This document shows positions 40,501 through 52,838 of a stretch of DNA of 64,000 bases, piece by piece. The stretch comes from Chrysomallon squamiferum. Its lineage: Eukaryota; Animalia; Mollusca. Both the position numbers and the translations under genes were made by a program. Location: the NCBI GenBank assembly GCA_012295275.1, contig CM022670.1, forward strand, positions 14,136,001 through 14,200,000. Direction: 5' to 3'. Numbering within the stretch: the first letter of the stretch is position 1; every line of letters begins with the position of its first letter. The notes under the pieces are model-generated. The model saw nothing but the letters and a program-made list of their open reading frames with translations. It was not told the origin of the DNA and ran no database searches.

Positions 40501-40596
40501 GGGAGCTTACTCTCACGACTGAGCAACAAACCAAAATTTATCAACCCTGACCATATCAGTTTGTTAGCTGTGGATGATGTACATGATACTGTTTAA
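13691..40596 (+). CDS. ATP7: Copper-transporting P1B-type ATPase ATP7, copy 1; 21 coding exons, about 1454 aa if the frameshift at about 34430 is corrected
   Basis: Seven GMTCxxC HMA motifs, [30 protein letters not shown]7 YN, TM8 MxxSS and C-terminal DHISLL. Exon phases are consistent except exon 10. Confidence 0.96.
15260..15343 (+). repeat. Imperfect (GA)n polypurine tract
   Basis: Visible repeat. Confidence 0.9.
24760..25720. repeat. Low-complexity TAG/CAG/AAT-rich intronic region with short local duplications
   Basis: Trinucleotide runs; ataatatcagtagcaatagtagatgta repeated at about 25230 and about 25261. Confidence 0.7.
26690..27812 (+). CDS. ATP7: ATP7 copy 1 exon 2 (end of HMA1, HMA2-5)
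   Basis: ORF 26651..27820 with GMTCMSC, GMTCQSC, GMTCGSC and GMTCQSC. Confidence 0.95.
28376..28570 (+). CDS. ATP7: ATP7 copy 1 exon 3 (start of HMA6, GMTCASC)
   Basis: cacag| ... GAAG|GTAAAT. Confidence 0.93.
28490..28845 (+). repeat. Decayed tandem triplication of the exon 3 3' end and intron start
   Basis: tatctcaaggttactagaatgaccgtgcttcctg (from about 28659) mirrors exonic tacctcaaggtcactggaatgacctgtgcttcctg; GAAG|gta recurs at 28571, 28710 and 28837. Confidence 0.8.
29727..29890 (+). CDS. ATP7: ATP7 copy 1 exon 4 (end of HMA6)
   Basis: [19 protein letters not shown]; tttcag| ... ACT|GTAAGT. Confidence 0.93.
30859..31020 (+). CDS. ATP7: ATP7 copy 1 exon 5 (HMA7, GMTCSSC)
   Basis: [17 protein letters not shown]...[10 protein letters not shown]. 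Confidence 0.93.
31688..31764 (+). CDS. ATP7: ATP7 copy 1 exon 6
   Basis: [26 protein letters not shown]; homologous 77-nt exon in copy 2. Confidence 0.9.
32336..32570 (+). CDS. ATP7: ATP7 copy 1 exon 7 (TM1, luminal loop, start of TM2)
   Basis: [14 protein letters not shown]...LSTPVQ. Confidence 0.93.
32690..32912. mobile_element. MITE, PIF/Harbinger-like, about 223 bp
   Basis: Imperfect TIRs gggccatgtttctgaag...gtcatta and taatgac...cttcaggaacatggccc, with a 3-bp direct repeat CAG on both sides. Confidence 0.7.
33216..33449 (+). CDS. ATP7: ATP7 copy 1 exon 8
   Basis: GGKYFY...[10 protein letters not shown]...FFETTPML...GRWLEHIAK. Confidence 0.95.
33959..34099 (+). CDS. ATP7: ATP7 copy 1 exon 9
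   Basis: [18 protein letters not shown]...LVQRGDVLK. Confidence 0.93.
34330..34437 (+). CDS. ATP7: ATP7 copy 1 exon 10 (actuator domain, TGES); 1 nt shorter than required
   Basis: [11 protein letters not shown]...[14 protein letters not shown]; 108 nt versus 109 nt in copy 2. Confidence 0.9.
34653..34777 (+). CDS. ATP7: ATP7 copy 1 exon 11
   Basis: [11 protein letters not shown]...[12 protein letters not shown]. Confidence 0.93.
35121..35255 (+). CDS. ATP7: ATP7 copy 1 exon 12 (TM5)
   Basis: [16 protein letters not shown]. Confidence 0.93.
35434..35625 (+). CDS. ATP7: ATP7 copy 1 exon 13 (TM6, CPC motif)
   Basis: [23 protein letters not shown]. Confidence 0.95.
36214..36396 (+). CDS. ATP7: ATP7 copy 1 exon 14 (DKTGT phosphorylation site, SEHP)
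   Basis: [11 protein letters not shown]...SSEHPIA. Confidence 0.95.
36855..37065 (+). CDS. ATP7: ATP7 copy 1 exon 15 (N-domain)
   Basis: [11 protein letters not shown]; ccag| ... ACTG|GTAAGA. Confidence 0.9.
37289..37343 (+). repeat. (AAT)n microsatellite
   Basis: Visible repeat. Confidence 0.93.
37572..37730 (+). CDS. ATP7: ATP7 copy 1 exon 16
   Basis: VLIGNREWM...[10 protein letters not shown]. Confidence 0.92.
38491..38633 (+). CDS. ATP7: ATP7 copy 1 exon 17 (TGDN)
   Basis: [10 protein letters not shown]...[14 protein letters not shown]. Confidence 0.93.
38946..39149 (+). CDS. ATP7: ATP7 copy 1 exon 18 (hinge GDGVND)
   Basis: EVLPSHK...[13 protein letters not shown]...[12 protein letters not shown]. 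Confidence 0.95.
39692..39809 (+). CDS. ATP7: ATP7 copy 1 exon 19 (TM7, YN)
   Basis: NDLLDV...[13 protein letters not shown]...[10 protein letters not shown]. Confidence 0.93.
39983..40085 (+). CDS. ATP7: ATP7 copy 1 exon 20 (TM8, MxxSS)
   Basis: [25 protein letters not shown]. Confidence 0.93.
40365..40596 (+). CDS. ATP7: ATP7 copy 1 last exon (cytosolic tail with DHISLL)
   Basis: Phase-2 acceptor ctctag|T TTC AAA AAG CCT continues into ORF 40390..40596. Confidence 0.88.
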
Positions 40597-43500
40597 ATGT
40601 GCCAGTTTCTTGCTTGGTAGCAAAATATGAAGTATTTTAAAAACAGAGAAAAAGGAGATGAATAACCCTATTAGAAGTCATGTTAATAATATCAGTTCTG
40701 TTTGAATTATATAAAGTGTACATGTCATAAGAAAGTAAAAAACAAACATTAATTGCATCTGTGGGTGCATATATCTACAAATATCTATAGATATATAAAA
40801 CAATCAAAATAGATATATAGTATATTTTATTTTTTATACAATTTTTTTTTTTTCTGAGCCTTTATGGCCATGTATTAGCATAACATAAATTGTGATAGAT
40901 CTAAAACAACTAGGACTAAACAAAATTAAAAAAATAATAATTATTTACTTACTGCATATTAATAATTAATATAGATTTCTTTTTGAAAATCACTTAAGTG
41001 TCCTTAGATTAAGTCTTGGTTTACACAAGTTAATTTGTCATCATCTTAAAGTGTTTGTTGTAACTAAGATTCATAATGAACGGGTCCAAGTGTGATGCAG
41101 TTTTCATGCGCAATATTCTTGTTTGTTGTATTAGAGAGATGATTATTAATTGTTTTATGTAATGGGTGAATATTAACAGATCAGTGTATTTCATGTTATA
41201 TTGATAGTCTATTTGTGGCTGTAACTCTTGAAGTAATAATAAATTTTACTAATGTAGTAATGATATGTTTATAGATTGGACATACATCTACACAAATGTA
41301 TACACGTGCACACACACACACACACACATCATTCATGTATCCACAGATACACATATATAGGGCATGGATTTAAAGTGAACTTGCCGTCAGCTTGGTGCTG
41401 TACTAGTAGTAAATGTGTAAGGTGTTTGGTTGATAACTGTGTGGCTTAATATATGTAATCCAAATTCATTTAAAATATAAACATTTACAATCAAAATATT
41501 TATTTTCTTGATTATATTTTGAAATAGGGTTTTGTGATATAAAATGTTTGACAGGTGGAAATAAATTCTTTTTTGGAGGAGGGGGAATTAAGCTGGATGT
41601 TTTTGCATAAGATCTGTTAGATGTGTGTGCATGGATAAGCATATTTACTTTTATAATTGTTAAAATAAGAATTTTATAGCACAGATATTCTTAGCATGTG
41701 ATTATTATTGAACATGCATAGAAATGTTAATGTCAATAATGCTTAAAAATATTTAACACAAAAAAGAATAGCATATTTAAAAATACACGCTTAAGTATAT
41801 ATGGTACATGATATCAATTTACATAATATTATGAAAGAGATGTTTGAATGCTCTGTAGTAGTAGTACTTATGAACAACCTCTTTTAAAATTCTAGTCTGA
41901 TCTGGGGCATTTATTCACTAATTCCTTGTAATTTTGAAGTGAATAAATTGGAGATAATTTTATAGCATAAAATATTATAATAAGGTGGCATAATGTTTGG
42001 TACATACAGAGACAATAATTTTATTATTTTTGACCTTTTTTATTTATTTTTTGCTTTAGTTACATGCAACTATTTACTCAATTTTTTTTTATATATAAAC
42101 ATATCTTAATATTATTTTATATATAGATGTTGCATATGTAACATAATACTCTATTACCTCCATCTAGTAAGTACAAATGAACAATTTTGAGTTCATCTGT
42201 ATTCAGAATCAAAAATTTTAATGAACAGTTGGATTTTTATTTTATTATTAATTTTTTTTTTTTTAATGTGTCTTGTATCATGAAAGGAACATAAAGTTTT
42301 AATTTTAGATTATATTATTTAAAAAAACACAAAATCTGATCTTTAATTTGATAAAAAAAAAAATTTATAGGTATAATAATTCAAAACAAATTTGTTGCCT
42401 TTTAAATGTTACAGTAGCAGTAGAAGTTTAGTGTTTTTGCACACATCTAAGCCTATTTTTGTTTTTTGTTTTGTACATCAAATCATAAATTTGATCTTTT
42501 GTAAGGGAGCAAAAAAAAAAAAAAAAAAAAAAAAATTAACAACAAAATTATAATTTTAAAAAATTACCAATATCAAAACTGCCCTTTATAAATCAAAATT
42601 AACAAAACAGCTACAACTTTTAAATCAAATAGTATCATTCATTTTCATCAACTTTGTGAAACTTTCATGGAAACTGGTCATAAAATCTTTGTTTACTCAC
42701 ATCCTATATTCATGGATTGAGATAGAAAGGTCAAGGTCACATAACGTGTGAATGTTTATCCCATAACTGGTCAAGGGTAAAATCCATCAGTTTTTATTGA
42801 GGTTGGGTATTTTTTTGACATCAGTAATTTTTCTGTGTTTGTTTTATTCATTGTTTCTGGTTTAACATACCTCATAATATTTTTGAGTTTTATTAGAATT
42901 TTAAATTGTGCAAATAATTATTTTCAGAATATGCTTACAGTTTTGGCATGTGTGGGATATGTATCTCAATCCTGTCTTTATCACAAATGCCAAACAAAAT
43001 AACAAGTGATTTAGCCTACAACGAAAGAAATAATATCAAATCTTACTTGTGGGTAACTGAAATGTTATGGGATGATAATTTTCTTAAAAGTTGTCTTAAT
43101 ATGTTTATTTATTTGTATTAATATTCATTTTTAAAATTTTTAAAATTTTATTATTATTTTTCATTTAAAATAATAATAATTTTTACAGTTTATTTTTGGA
43201 TGTAATTTTAATGGTTTTCAATATGCATTTACTAGTTTATAATATTGAAAATGATATACCAAATTGAAATTGAAACATTTTCCCCAGAACAATCAAGAAT
43301 ATATATATATATATATAAAATAAAAATTAAAAACATTACAAATATCAAAAAAATTAAATAAATTAAGATTAAAATAAATACAAAATGCAAAAATCATTTT
43401 TTATTTTTATTTATGGATGACAAATAGAGAAGAATGAAATTGTTTCAAATGAAAAGTTAATTAACTTAGTTTTTAAGATTAATACACCTAATATTATCAG

Positions 43501-44519
43501 CTTTTCATCTTGAATATTGATATAAAATAAAATGTGTGTATCATACAATCAAATAATATACTAATTGTTAATATTACAGAATTAATGTTAAAAATATATG
43601 TATTAAGAATAAACCTTTTTTTCCTTTTTTTTTTTTTTTTTTTTTTATATATTTAATATGTAAAATGAATTAATTTATATAGGCTTTATGTAAGGGATGA
43701 ATACGTAGTCAAAGAAATAATTATTTTCTGTTTGTAAATATTTGTTTTTATCATCCATTAGGTCTGAAATATGAAATAAATATTTGAATTTTGATCTTTG
43801 TTTATAAAAATTTATAATTCATGAGATTCATAATTTTGTCATTATATTAGAAATACTTGAATCAAATTTTGAAATTTCAGAAACAACAAATTTTTTTTTA
43901 TTAATAATAATAATATTTAAAAGAAAAGAATTAAAAACTAAATTAAAAAATCCCAGTATAACCAGATGATGTTTGTTTTAATCATTTTCATGTCTTTTTT
44001 TTAAAGACAGTCATTTTTAGATCTTTTAGATCAAAATATAATTACAATCATTTTTCCTTGCTCTTTACATTTATTTTATCAAAAAGATCTTAATTTAAAG
44101 AAGAAACAAATTTTGTTAAAAAATTTAATCAAATACTTTAATGTCACCTTTTATCATTTTAATGCAGTCATTGATATGGTTGGTCTTAAGAAAAGTTTAA
44201 TGATGTATTTTATATCTGTGATTTCTTACACTTCATAATATTTTACATTTCTAAGATTCAATTTTATTATTGTTATTATAATTTTTTTTTTTTTTTAGCA
44301 GATCTACTTATGGATATCTAAAAAACAGATTTTCAAATGAAGCTTTTAAAAAATAATCAGAAAAAATCAGTTATGCATAAAACTAGTTAGCATGTTCCTG
44401 ATTTTTGACAACTGTTTATTCAAATGTATTTTTTAATTGAAATGTACTTTCACCTGGAAATTAAACCCACCATATAAATGGTGTGTCCCCACTTTACATA
44501 ATGGTTATTTTTTAAGTTG

Positions 44520-44550
<31 letters not shown>

Positions 44551-45074
44551 TATAGACATATATACTCATGATTGTTAATGTTTTATGTCTGTTAATTTGA
44601 GTTATTTTAATGCAGAAAAACTATTTTTTTACACACGATTTACCATTATGAATAATTAATTGTGGTGAATGTTAGTTATCTTTATCATGTCTACTTGAAA
44701 GGTTAGATTGTTGTGTACATAACCTCATTTTCAAATCATTAATATTAATAATGTTGCATAAGTACAGCAACAAAAGATTAAAAAAAAAAAAGTAAATAGA
44801 AAAGGGAAAAAAGATATTAAAAGTAATAACAATAATAATAATAATAAAATAATAAAAACATTACTTTGATCATAATATTAATGTTTAAACCAAAGTATAT
44901 CAAAATGTCATCATTTGTGAGCAAAAATACATAATATATATAAGCATATCAAATACAAATGTAATTAAATAATAAATCACTAATTGACTCATGTTCTTTG
45001 TTTGCCTCAGCATTTCCATACAATGAATTGTTTAATATCGCAACACATTTTGTGTTAATAATTATCAGACTTCC

Positions 45075-45385
45075 AGTGGTTCCCTAACCTGTGGTTGAGA
45101 TCCAGCTGAGGGTTGTGAGAGTGTTTCCAAGTCACAGGATTCTAGGCAAAAGAAACTAAACTATGATAATAATATTTTGTCCCATTAAAAACTTATTGAA
45201 ATTCATTTTATTAGTTATATAAATTCATTCAGTAAATTCATATAATACTCTAAATGAATGTAATATCATGCACGTATATCAATATGACTGGTAATAAACT
45301 ATGTATGTACCCACATTTAGTGTTGCCAGCCCAAGCCAAGAGTGTATTTAGAGTTGCAACCAGAACATTTTGGTAGCTAGTATTT
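45075..45385. mobile_element. Possible degenerate hAT-like non-autonomous element remnant
   Basis: 5' end cagtggttccctaacctgtgg resembles hAT-Charlie-type TIRs; the 3' TIR is poorly preserved. Confidence 0.3.
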
Positions 45386-46467
45386 ATTGCTTACTTGGTG
45401 ACAAGGAATGTTTAACATGCATCTTCTCATAGACATGAATACAAGTACCATCGCTATAAAGTTAATATCCCTTACTCTAATAATCAATCAGAATATAATA
45501 TTGAAATGTCAGATAGTGCCACCTTGACTCTCGTCTGTTCCTCTCTCACAGCACTTCACAGTAAATGATATTTAATCATAATATATGTTAAATAAGTGGC
45601 CACATAAAACTCAAAACTGAGTTCATCAAAACTAATCACAAATTTTCTAGCTGGATTTAGAAAATAGCTTCTAGCTATAGTACTTCCACTCCCTTATCTA
45701 CTGACAGTTCCAGGTCTACTCTAAATTATTATGAATTATTATTTTAGTAATATTAAAAGGTAAAGATTTGTAGGCTCTGTAAATTTATATAATAATTGAT
45801 AGGTAACATTATAATAAATGTGAAAATGTTATCTTGTAAGCAGTTCAAATGGATATGCATGACTTGCCCACATATATGGAATTAAATACTGTAGCATGTC
45901 ATTATATCTATTATGGGAAGTGGTTAGGTGGGTGGTGTGTTAATTAATGATTCTTAAATCCATCATTTGTTCACACTGTCATTAATACCAATGAAACAAA
46001 CAATTAATCACCTTTTATCATGTCACAAAAAAAAAAAAAAAAAAAAAAAAATAAAAAACACACACACACACACAGACGACAAATAAAACACATAAACACA
46101 CACACACACACACATATATATTTTATCCGACTCCACAGTAATATAACGTTATTTTATGATAGCTGTTCCCAACCGTCTATTCTTTTTAGGGAGGGGCATG
46201 CCTTATATAATCTATAAAATATTTTGATACCCCCGACCCAGAAATCTGTTTTGCTGCACAGGCATCTTAAACTATTTAGAACTTGTATGGTCGTATTCAT
46301 TAACACGTTTCATAAAAAGGATAAGTTAGTTAATAACATATTTATTTTGCATGACAGTATTTCTTGAATGTCGACATTAATTAATTCAGAAAAATGTGTT
46401 CTTAATACATCACATTCTATTCCGATGCTGCAAAACACTCTTACATAACTATGAATAGCTAAAATTA

Positions 46468-46520
46468 CAGGAAGTGACGTCGCTGATAAAAGCTCTAAAA
46501 TGGTGGAGGTTTCGAAAAAG
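46468..46520 (+). promoter_or_regulatory. Putative promoter and first exon of ATP7 copy 2
   Basis: ETS-CRE composite CAGGAAGTGACGTC (46468-46481), YY1-like AAAATGGTGG, local CpGs, donor AAG|GTAAAT at 46521. Confidence 0.6.
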
Positions 46521-46642
46521 GTAAATACTGCGTTCTACTTCTGTAAGTATTTGTATCAGTGAAAGGCACCAAGGAGTCTTTCATTTGTATTGAGCAGCTT
46601 AAAATAATTTTAAATTCATATTAAAAACAAGTAATGGCAGTG

Positions 46643-46644
<2 letters not shown>

Positions 46645-46724
<80 letters not shown>
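46645..46724 (+). repeat. (TC)n microsatellite, about 40 units
   Basis: Perfect dinucleotide run. Confidence 0.97.
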
Positions 46725-46728
<4 letters not shown>

Positions 46729-47111
46729 CGTTGATATTGCATGAATGTGTAATAAAACTTAATACTAAATATTATGAAATAAACACTTCGCTGTGATCTC
46801 CGGGATATTTGAATAGCAGATTTTGTACAGTTCTTCTTTAGTAATTAGAATGTCAAAGTGTAAATGTAATTTTAGTAGCATAACACGTTGCATTTAATTT
46901 TAGGAGACTGGAGAGGATCGATTATCCAAACATAGAATAGTAATTTCGACGTGGTTAAACACTGTTTTTATATGACAGCTTCATTTAGCACTGAATTATA
47001 TCTATTACAACAACAGCAACAACAACAACAACAACAAAAATAATAAAAAATAAAAAGTGACAAACCAATCAAAATTAGTGTTCGTAAATTTAAATTGTAA
47101 TGAACTTAAAG

Positions 47112-47145
<34 letters not shown>

Positions 47146-48535
47146 CTTTTAAATAAATAAATAAAGAGAAAAATTATGAAGTCACAAATTATAAAATACA
47201 CTGTAAAAACCCCAACAAATAACACTTCTGCCTTTATTGATATTGTTTTTTTTTTTTTTTTTTCAGACTACAGTACTGTGTTACTCTAGTTTTTATAAAG
47301 TTTTAATTTAAATATAAAAATATATTATTTAGTTTTACCTGACATAAAATGTTTAAATATTTGTTCTTTAGGCACTGGCAGAATACTGTTGGAAATTAGT
47401 TTTTGTTTTTATTGTTGTTGACAATTTCCATTAATCTTCTCGAATGTTTTAATCTTTAAAACAACAGTAAGCTAAATGAAACTCAGGTAGCAATAGTAAA
47501 AATCTAAATGCACCTTAACAAAGATAGTTGATAATAATGCAACTGACCACACTAACTTTCTCACTCTTTTTCTCTCTTTCTCAAAATTGTTTTTACTTTT
47601 ACATAAATCTAATCTAATAAATCTATTTTTATCTATTAAGAATGTTTTTACATAATTATATATAATTTTTTTTGATGTAGTCATTTAGTTGAAGATCAAC
47701 ATGAAAGTCTGCGTGAGGTATCATGATAGGCTTTCACCAGTGGAAGCAGAACCAGGTTAGTATACCTTTACTGTAAGACAATTCCAAAAATTTAAAATTA
47801 GCTAGTACAATAAGACTTACAAATATTACCACATGTTAGGAGATAATATAAATAAAAAAGTATTGTAAACGTGATCAATCTGAGTGCATCCTTGAACTCA
47901 CATGACCGGGCAACACGAGTAAAATCATTACATTAATGGGTACGGATCAGAGTCAATGTCACCTTGTTTGAAAAAAGAGCAAAAAAAAAAAAAAAAATAA
48001 AAAAAAAAAAAAAACATTTGACATTTTCTTAATATTTTATTGATGACTAATCAGGAAATGGCAGAAAGTGAATTTAACTAGTTATGAATCAGTTAGAGTC
48101 TTTTGAAAATATATTAAAAAAAAAAATGATTAAGTAAAGGTAGGATTCATCTAGTTATTTGTAACTTTTTCAACCAGTTTTAATGTCTGCCTCAGTGACA
48201 ATTCCATTTTTACAGAGGTAGTGTAGATAGAAAGAAGGAAGTGTAAATGAGATAATTTGTCCTGGAAATGGTCATTGTTACGACAAAATTGTTTAATAAA
48301 GTCATTTTTGTACCATATGTATTTTGGTTTTTTTAATTGTTTTTTTTTTTTAGAAAGAAAAACCCAACTTTTTTATTGAAGTGTACATATTATTTTTTGT
48401 TTTATCTTTGGGTCAAATAAATTAATATTTTTTATATAAAAAAAAATATTGACCTTTTCATAAAAAAAAAAAAAAATAAAAAAATAAAAATAATAATAGG
48501 GCTTCAAAAAAACAAAAAAACCCCAAAATTTCCAT

Positions 48536-49072
48536 CTGCAACATTACAAAATATAGTTGTCTATTTAATTATTCAGGAATAATAAATTAACAGTAAATTT
48601 ATCTCTATCTCTGTTGATCTGTATAAAATAAATTTTTTAATAATATTATTTGGACCAGAAATTTTAACACTGGCAATATTTAAACAATAATCTGAATAAA
48701 CAAGTGAAAACTTTGTTCACATTTAAACTAAATCAAACACAGCCTAACTTTAACTGAATACTGATTTTGTAAAATAAAAAAAATAAAAAAATAAAAAATA
48801 TTTCAACTGCAGCATTGCAAAATATATTTATCTATTTAATTATTCAGGAGTAATATAATTAACAGTAAATTTATCTCTGTCTCTGTTGATCTAAAGAAAA
48901 GACATTTTTGTTTAAATGGTTGCTAACTTCGATATTTATAATAACATTATTTGGACCAGAAATTTTCACACTGGCAATATATAAACAATAATCTGAATAA
49001 ACAAGTGAAAACTTTGTTCACATTTAAACTAAATCAAACAGAGCCTGACTTTAACTGAATATTGACTTTGTC
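48536..49072 (+). repeat. Direct duplication of about 235-265 bp (48536-48770 and 48807-49072)
   Basis: Shared blocks tatttaattattcagga...ttggaccagaaatttt...aaacaataatctgaataaacaagtgaaaactttgttcacatttaaactaaatcaaac. Confidence 0.9.
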
Positions 49073-50060
49073 AAACAGCCAGTTTGTCTGATGGAAATTG
49101 TTATTTTACTGACTTGCATTCTGTTATGGAAGCAAAATTTCAAGTGTTAATTCTGGTGCACTAAAGCAGACATAACTTACCTGAGAAGGCAATACGGTTT
49201 GTTATCTCACATGTCATGTTAGATTTTGTGTTCAAGGCCAAAGGTAGCTGTTAACTTCTTTTAAGCAAACTAGAGCAAATAAAACAACTTTTATGTGGAT
49301 TGGGAATTTCTGTACTGATCATCATAAGTGTAAATATCAAGCTATAATATAAAGGTATTATTTGATCTAAGTTCTGCAGAGGTTCTTTGTTGACAGATTC
49401 AATTCAGCTGAATGAATTTTCTTTGTTACTTTTCTTCTTTTACACTCCTCTCAGATCTTTTATTCATATGCAGGCTAGAAAAATAAAAAATTAATTAAAT
49501 ACACACCTAAATCCACCTACACTGAGTTTAATATTGAATATACAAGACTAATTTTATTTTAATGTAAAAAGTTAGAAAATAGATTATTTTTATTTATAAA
49601 TTCAGGACAATAAACAACTGAAGGCTTGTATGTAATCACGGTTTGAAGATTGGTACAGGTAAATAAACAAATGCACTCATTAATCTGGTAGTAAGAGGAA
49701 AGGAAATATGTTTTTTTTTATAATGAAAACTTGAGCAGAGTGAGACCTAATTCAGGAAGTGAACTGTCTCTTTTTATACATATATTTATTTAGGGTGTGT
49801 TTTGTCGTTTACTTAATTATGATTGATGGTTATGAGTTATTAAAGTTATTTTTGTAAGTACCTGTTAATTATTTTATTGCTGAGTAGTTATTAACGGTTA
49901 ATTAGCACAAGATAGAGTTATCATTTTGTTAGCTGGATTATCTTTAACAATGTTGATTAGTTTGGATAATTCGTTAAGCAGTGTATTTATAGGTAGGTTT
50001 TAATGTTTACAGTGTTAGAGAAGTTATATATTTATTTCTCTTTCATTCATGCACTGATTG

Positions 50061-51420
50061 AAATATGTTGATTATGATAATAAATTGAGACTAGACATTA
50101 ATGTAACATGCTTTTTGGGGCTATTTTGATATTTATTTATAATTTTGGAATAAATATACATGCACAATAAATACACACATTGATGTACCTAAATATACTG
50201 ACACAAGTAATACAAACACACACACACATACACATAGGTAAATTAACATGTACTAACTGATATATGATGATTGAAGATAGAATGTGAAGTGATGATTATT
50301 ATTAAAAGTTTTATGATTATGAAAAGTGGTGTTAAGGAAATAAAACATTTTTTTCATAGAATAATGAGGTAACAAACAGAAAAATATACAGATACATTTT
50401 ATATATACATATATAAATAAATATGTTCATTATGATATTAAATTGAGACAAGATAATAACATAACATGCTTTTTGGGGTTATTGTAATAGTTATTTTTAA
50501 TTCTGTAATAAGCATACATGCACAATAAATACACACATTTCTGTACCTAAATATACTGACAGAAGTAACACAAACACACATACACAAAAGTAAATTAACA
50601 CTTACTGACTGATACACTTAAACATGATGATTGATGATAGAATGTGAAGTGGTGATCATTATTAAAGTTTTATAATTATAAAAAGTGGTATTAATGAAAA
50701 AATATTTTGTTCATAGAATAATGAGATAACAAACAGAAAAATATACAGATACATTATATATATATATAAATAAATATGTTCATTATGATATTAAATTGAG
50801 ACAAGATATTAAAGTGACATGCTTTTTGAGGTTATTGTGATAGTTATTTTTAATTCTGTAATAAACATACATGCACAATAAATACACACATTGATGTACC
50901 TAAATATACTGACACAAGTAACAGAAACACACACAAATACACAAAGGTAAATTAACATGTACTAACTGATCCACTTAAATATGATGACTGAAGATAGAAT
51001 GTGAAGCAATGATCATTATTAGTTTTATAATTAAAAAAAAATCGTAAAATAATGAGATAACAAACAGAAATATATATAAATACATTTTATATATATATAA
51101 ATAAATATGTTCATTATGATAATAAACTGAGACAAGATATTAAAGTAACATGCTTTTTGGGGTTATTGTGATTTTTTATTTTGTAATAAACATATATGCA
51201 CAATAAATACACACATTTCCATATCTAAATATATTGACACCAGTAACAGAGATAAACGTACACATACACAAATGTAAATTAAAACTTACTGATCCACTCA
51301 CCTACAATGATTGATAGAATGTGAAGAGCTGATTGTTATTAATGTTGTAGCATTATAAAAAGTAGTGTTAATGAAAGAAAAATATTTTTCATTGAATAAT
51401 GAGATAACAAACAAACAAAC
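50061..51420 (+). repeat. Tandem array, unit about 330-355 bp, about 4 diverged copies
   Basis: Recurring aaatatgttcattatgata..aaattgagacaaga, atgcacaataaatacacacatt and gatagaatgtgaag; units start near 50061, 50418, 50772 and 51103. Confidence 0.92.
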
Positions 51421-52798
51421 ATGTAGATATACTGGGTTTAGGCAACACATGTATGCACACTTTGTTCCTTCTAATAAAAGGATAAAGAATATTAATTATA
51501 ATGAAAATCTGTTCCCAACTATTGTTATTTGTTTGAGCTAACAGGTGTCTGATTTTTTTTCTTTGATTCTGCACCATATACCTAACCACAGAAATAAAAA
51601 CAAAATTAATAAAAACAGATAAAAGCTAATAATAATAATACAAAAACATTGCATCGTACTTTTAAAGAGTGTGCTGCCGTACTTGTTTAAATAGTTCAAA
51701 AGATCATTTCTTTGCCTCTTTGTATATCTTGTATGGCAGTTTTACAAGCCTGTATCTTGTAATGACACAGATTTTGTGATAAGACACTTACAGTTTCAAA
51801 TTACTCCCTGTTTTATTTAGACACACTTGCTCTTTGATCCATTTTGTTGTTTCTTTTCAATGACATCAAAAATAACTCATGTGCATTAGTGCTGAACCAA
51901 AATATTTGTAATCCGGTTGACCAAGTTTTGTTTGAAGAAAGAAACAACCCCAACTGTGAATTTTTCATTATCCCCACTGATGTTTCAGGCATAAAATGTA
52001 CATCTACTTTACTATGTTTGTTTTCTATTCTTTTAGAATGTATTAGAAAAATTTAAGTTTTTTCATTTCTTTATTGTTTTGCAAACAACTTTGCTTTATT
52101 TTTACTTTTAAGATAAAACAGATAAAATTTAATCTTGGCTAGCAATGAAGAAAAACAAGTGTTCAGTTACTGTAAGATACTCAGATTCTTGCACATTATC
52201 TGTTTATATTTTGCTTGGTCATTCTGATCTGGGGGATATTATTGCATCAGATTCTAGAATATTCTGTATGGATTTCTCTATATAAAGCAAGTTGGAAGAG
52301 GTTAAAATATTCATTTGACCTGGTGTCACAGAAAAGGATCATTGGAGCTCCAATTATTGTGACCTGCTGTTTGACCTATTTGAGGTATTTTTAATCACTT
52401 GAGCAGATTAAATCTAATCTCTTGTGACTTTAATCTGTCATAAGTAAAACAATCACTTATTGTACTTACAAAATTACCATAAAGTTATCTAGTATTTAAT
52501 TTGATTTGCTAATGGTTTGTGTATCTTTGAGGTATTTATTACAATAATAATAATTATGAAAAAGCATTTTGCCAGTTTCTGGTCAGTTAAGTAAAAGTCT
52601 AAATAAAACTGATCACTGCTGTGAACTTCAAAGTTACTAATACTCTTTGTAAATTATCTCAGAATTCTTGTTGTCATTAAGTGTTACCCCAGTTTTGAAA
52701 GTTTTGACTACTGTAAACAAATTACTTGCAATAACATTTAGTTTGTTGTATATTTGTAATTATTTTTATGTTTGGATATTTGATTATGAACACAGAAT

Positions 52799-52838
<40 letters not shown>

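Noticed and set aside
50061-51420. Tandem array considered as CRISPR-like or coding
   Set aside because: Eukaryotic context; the whole unit is repeated with no unique spacers and no ORF
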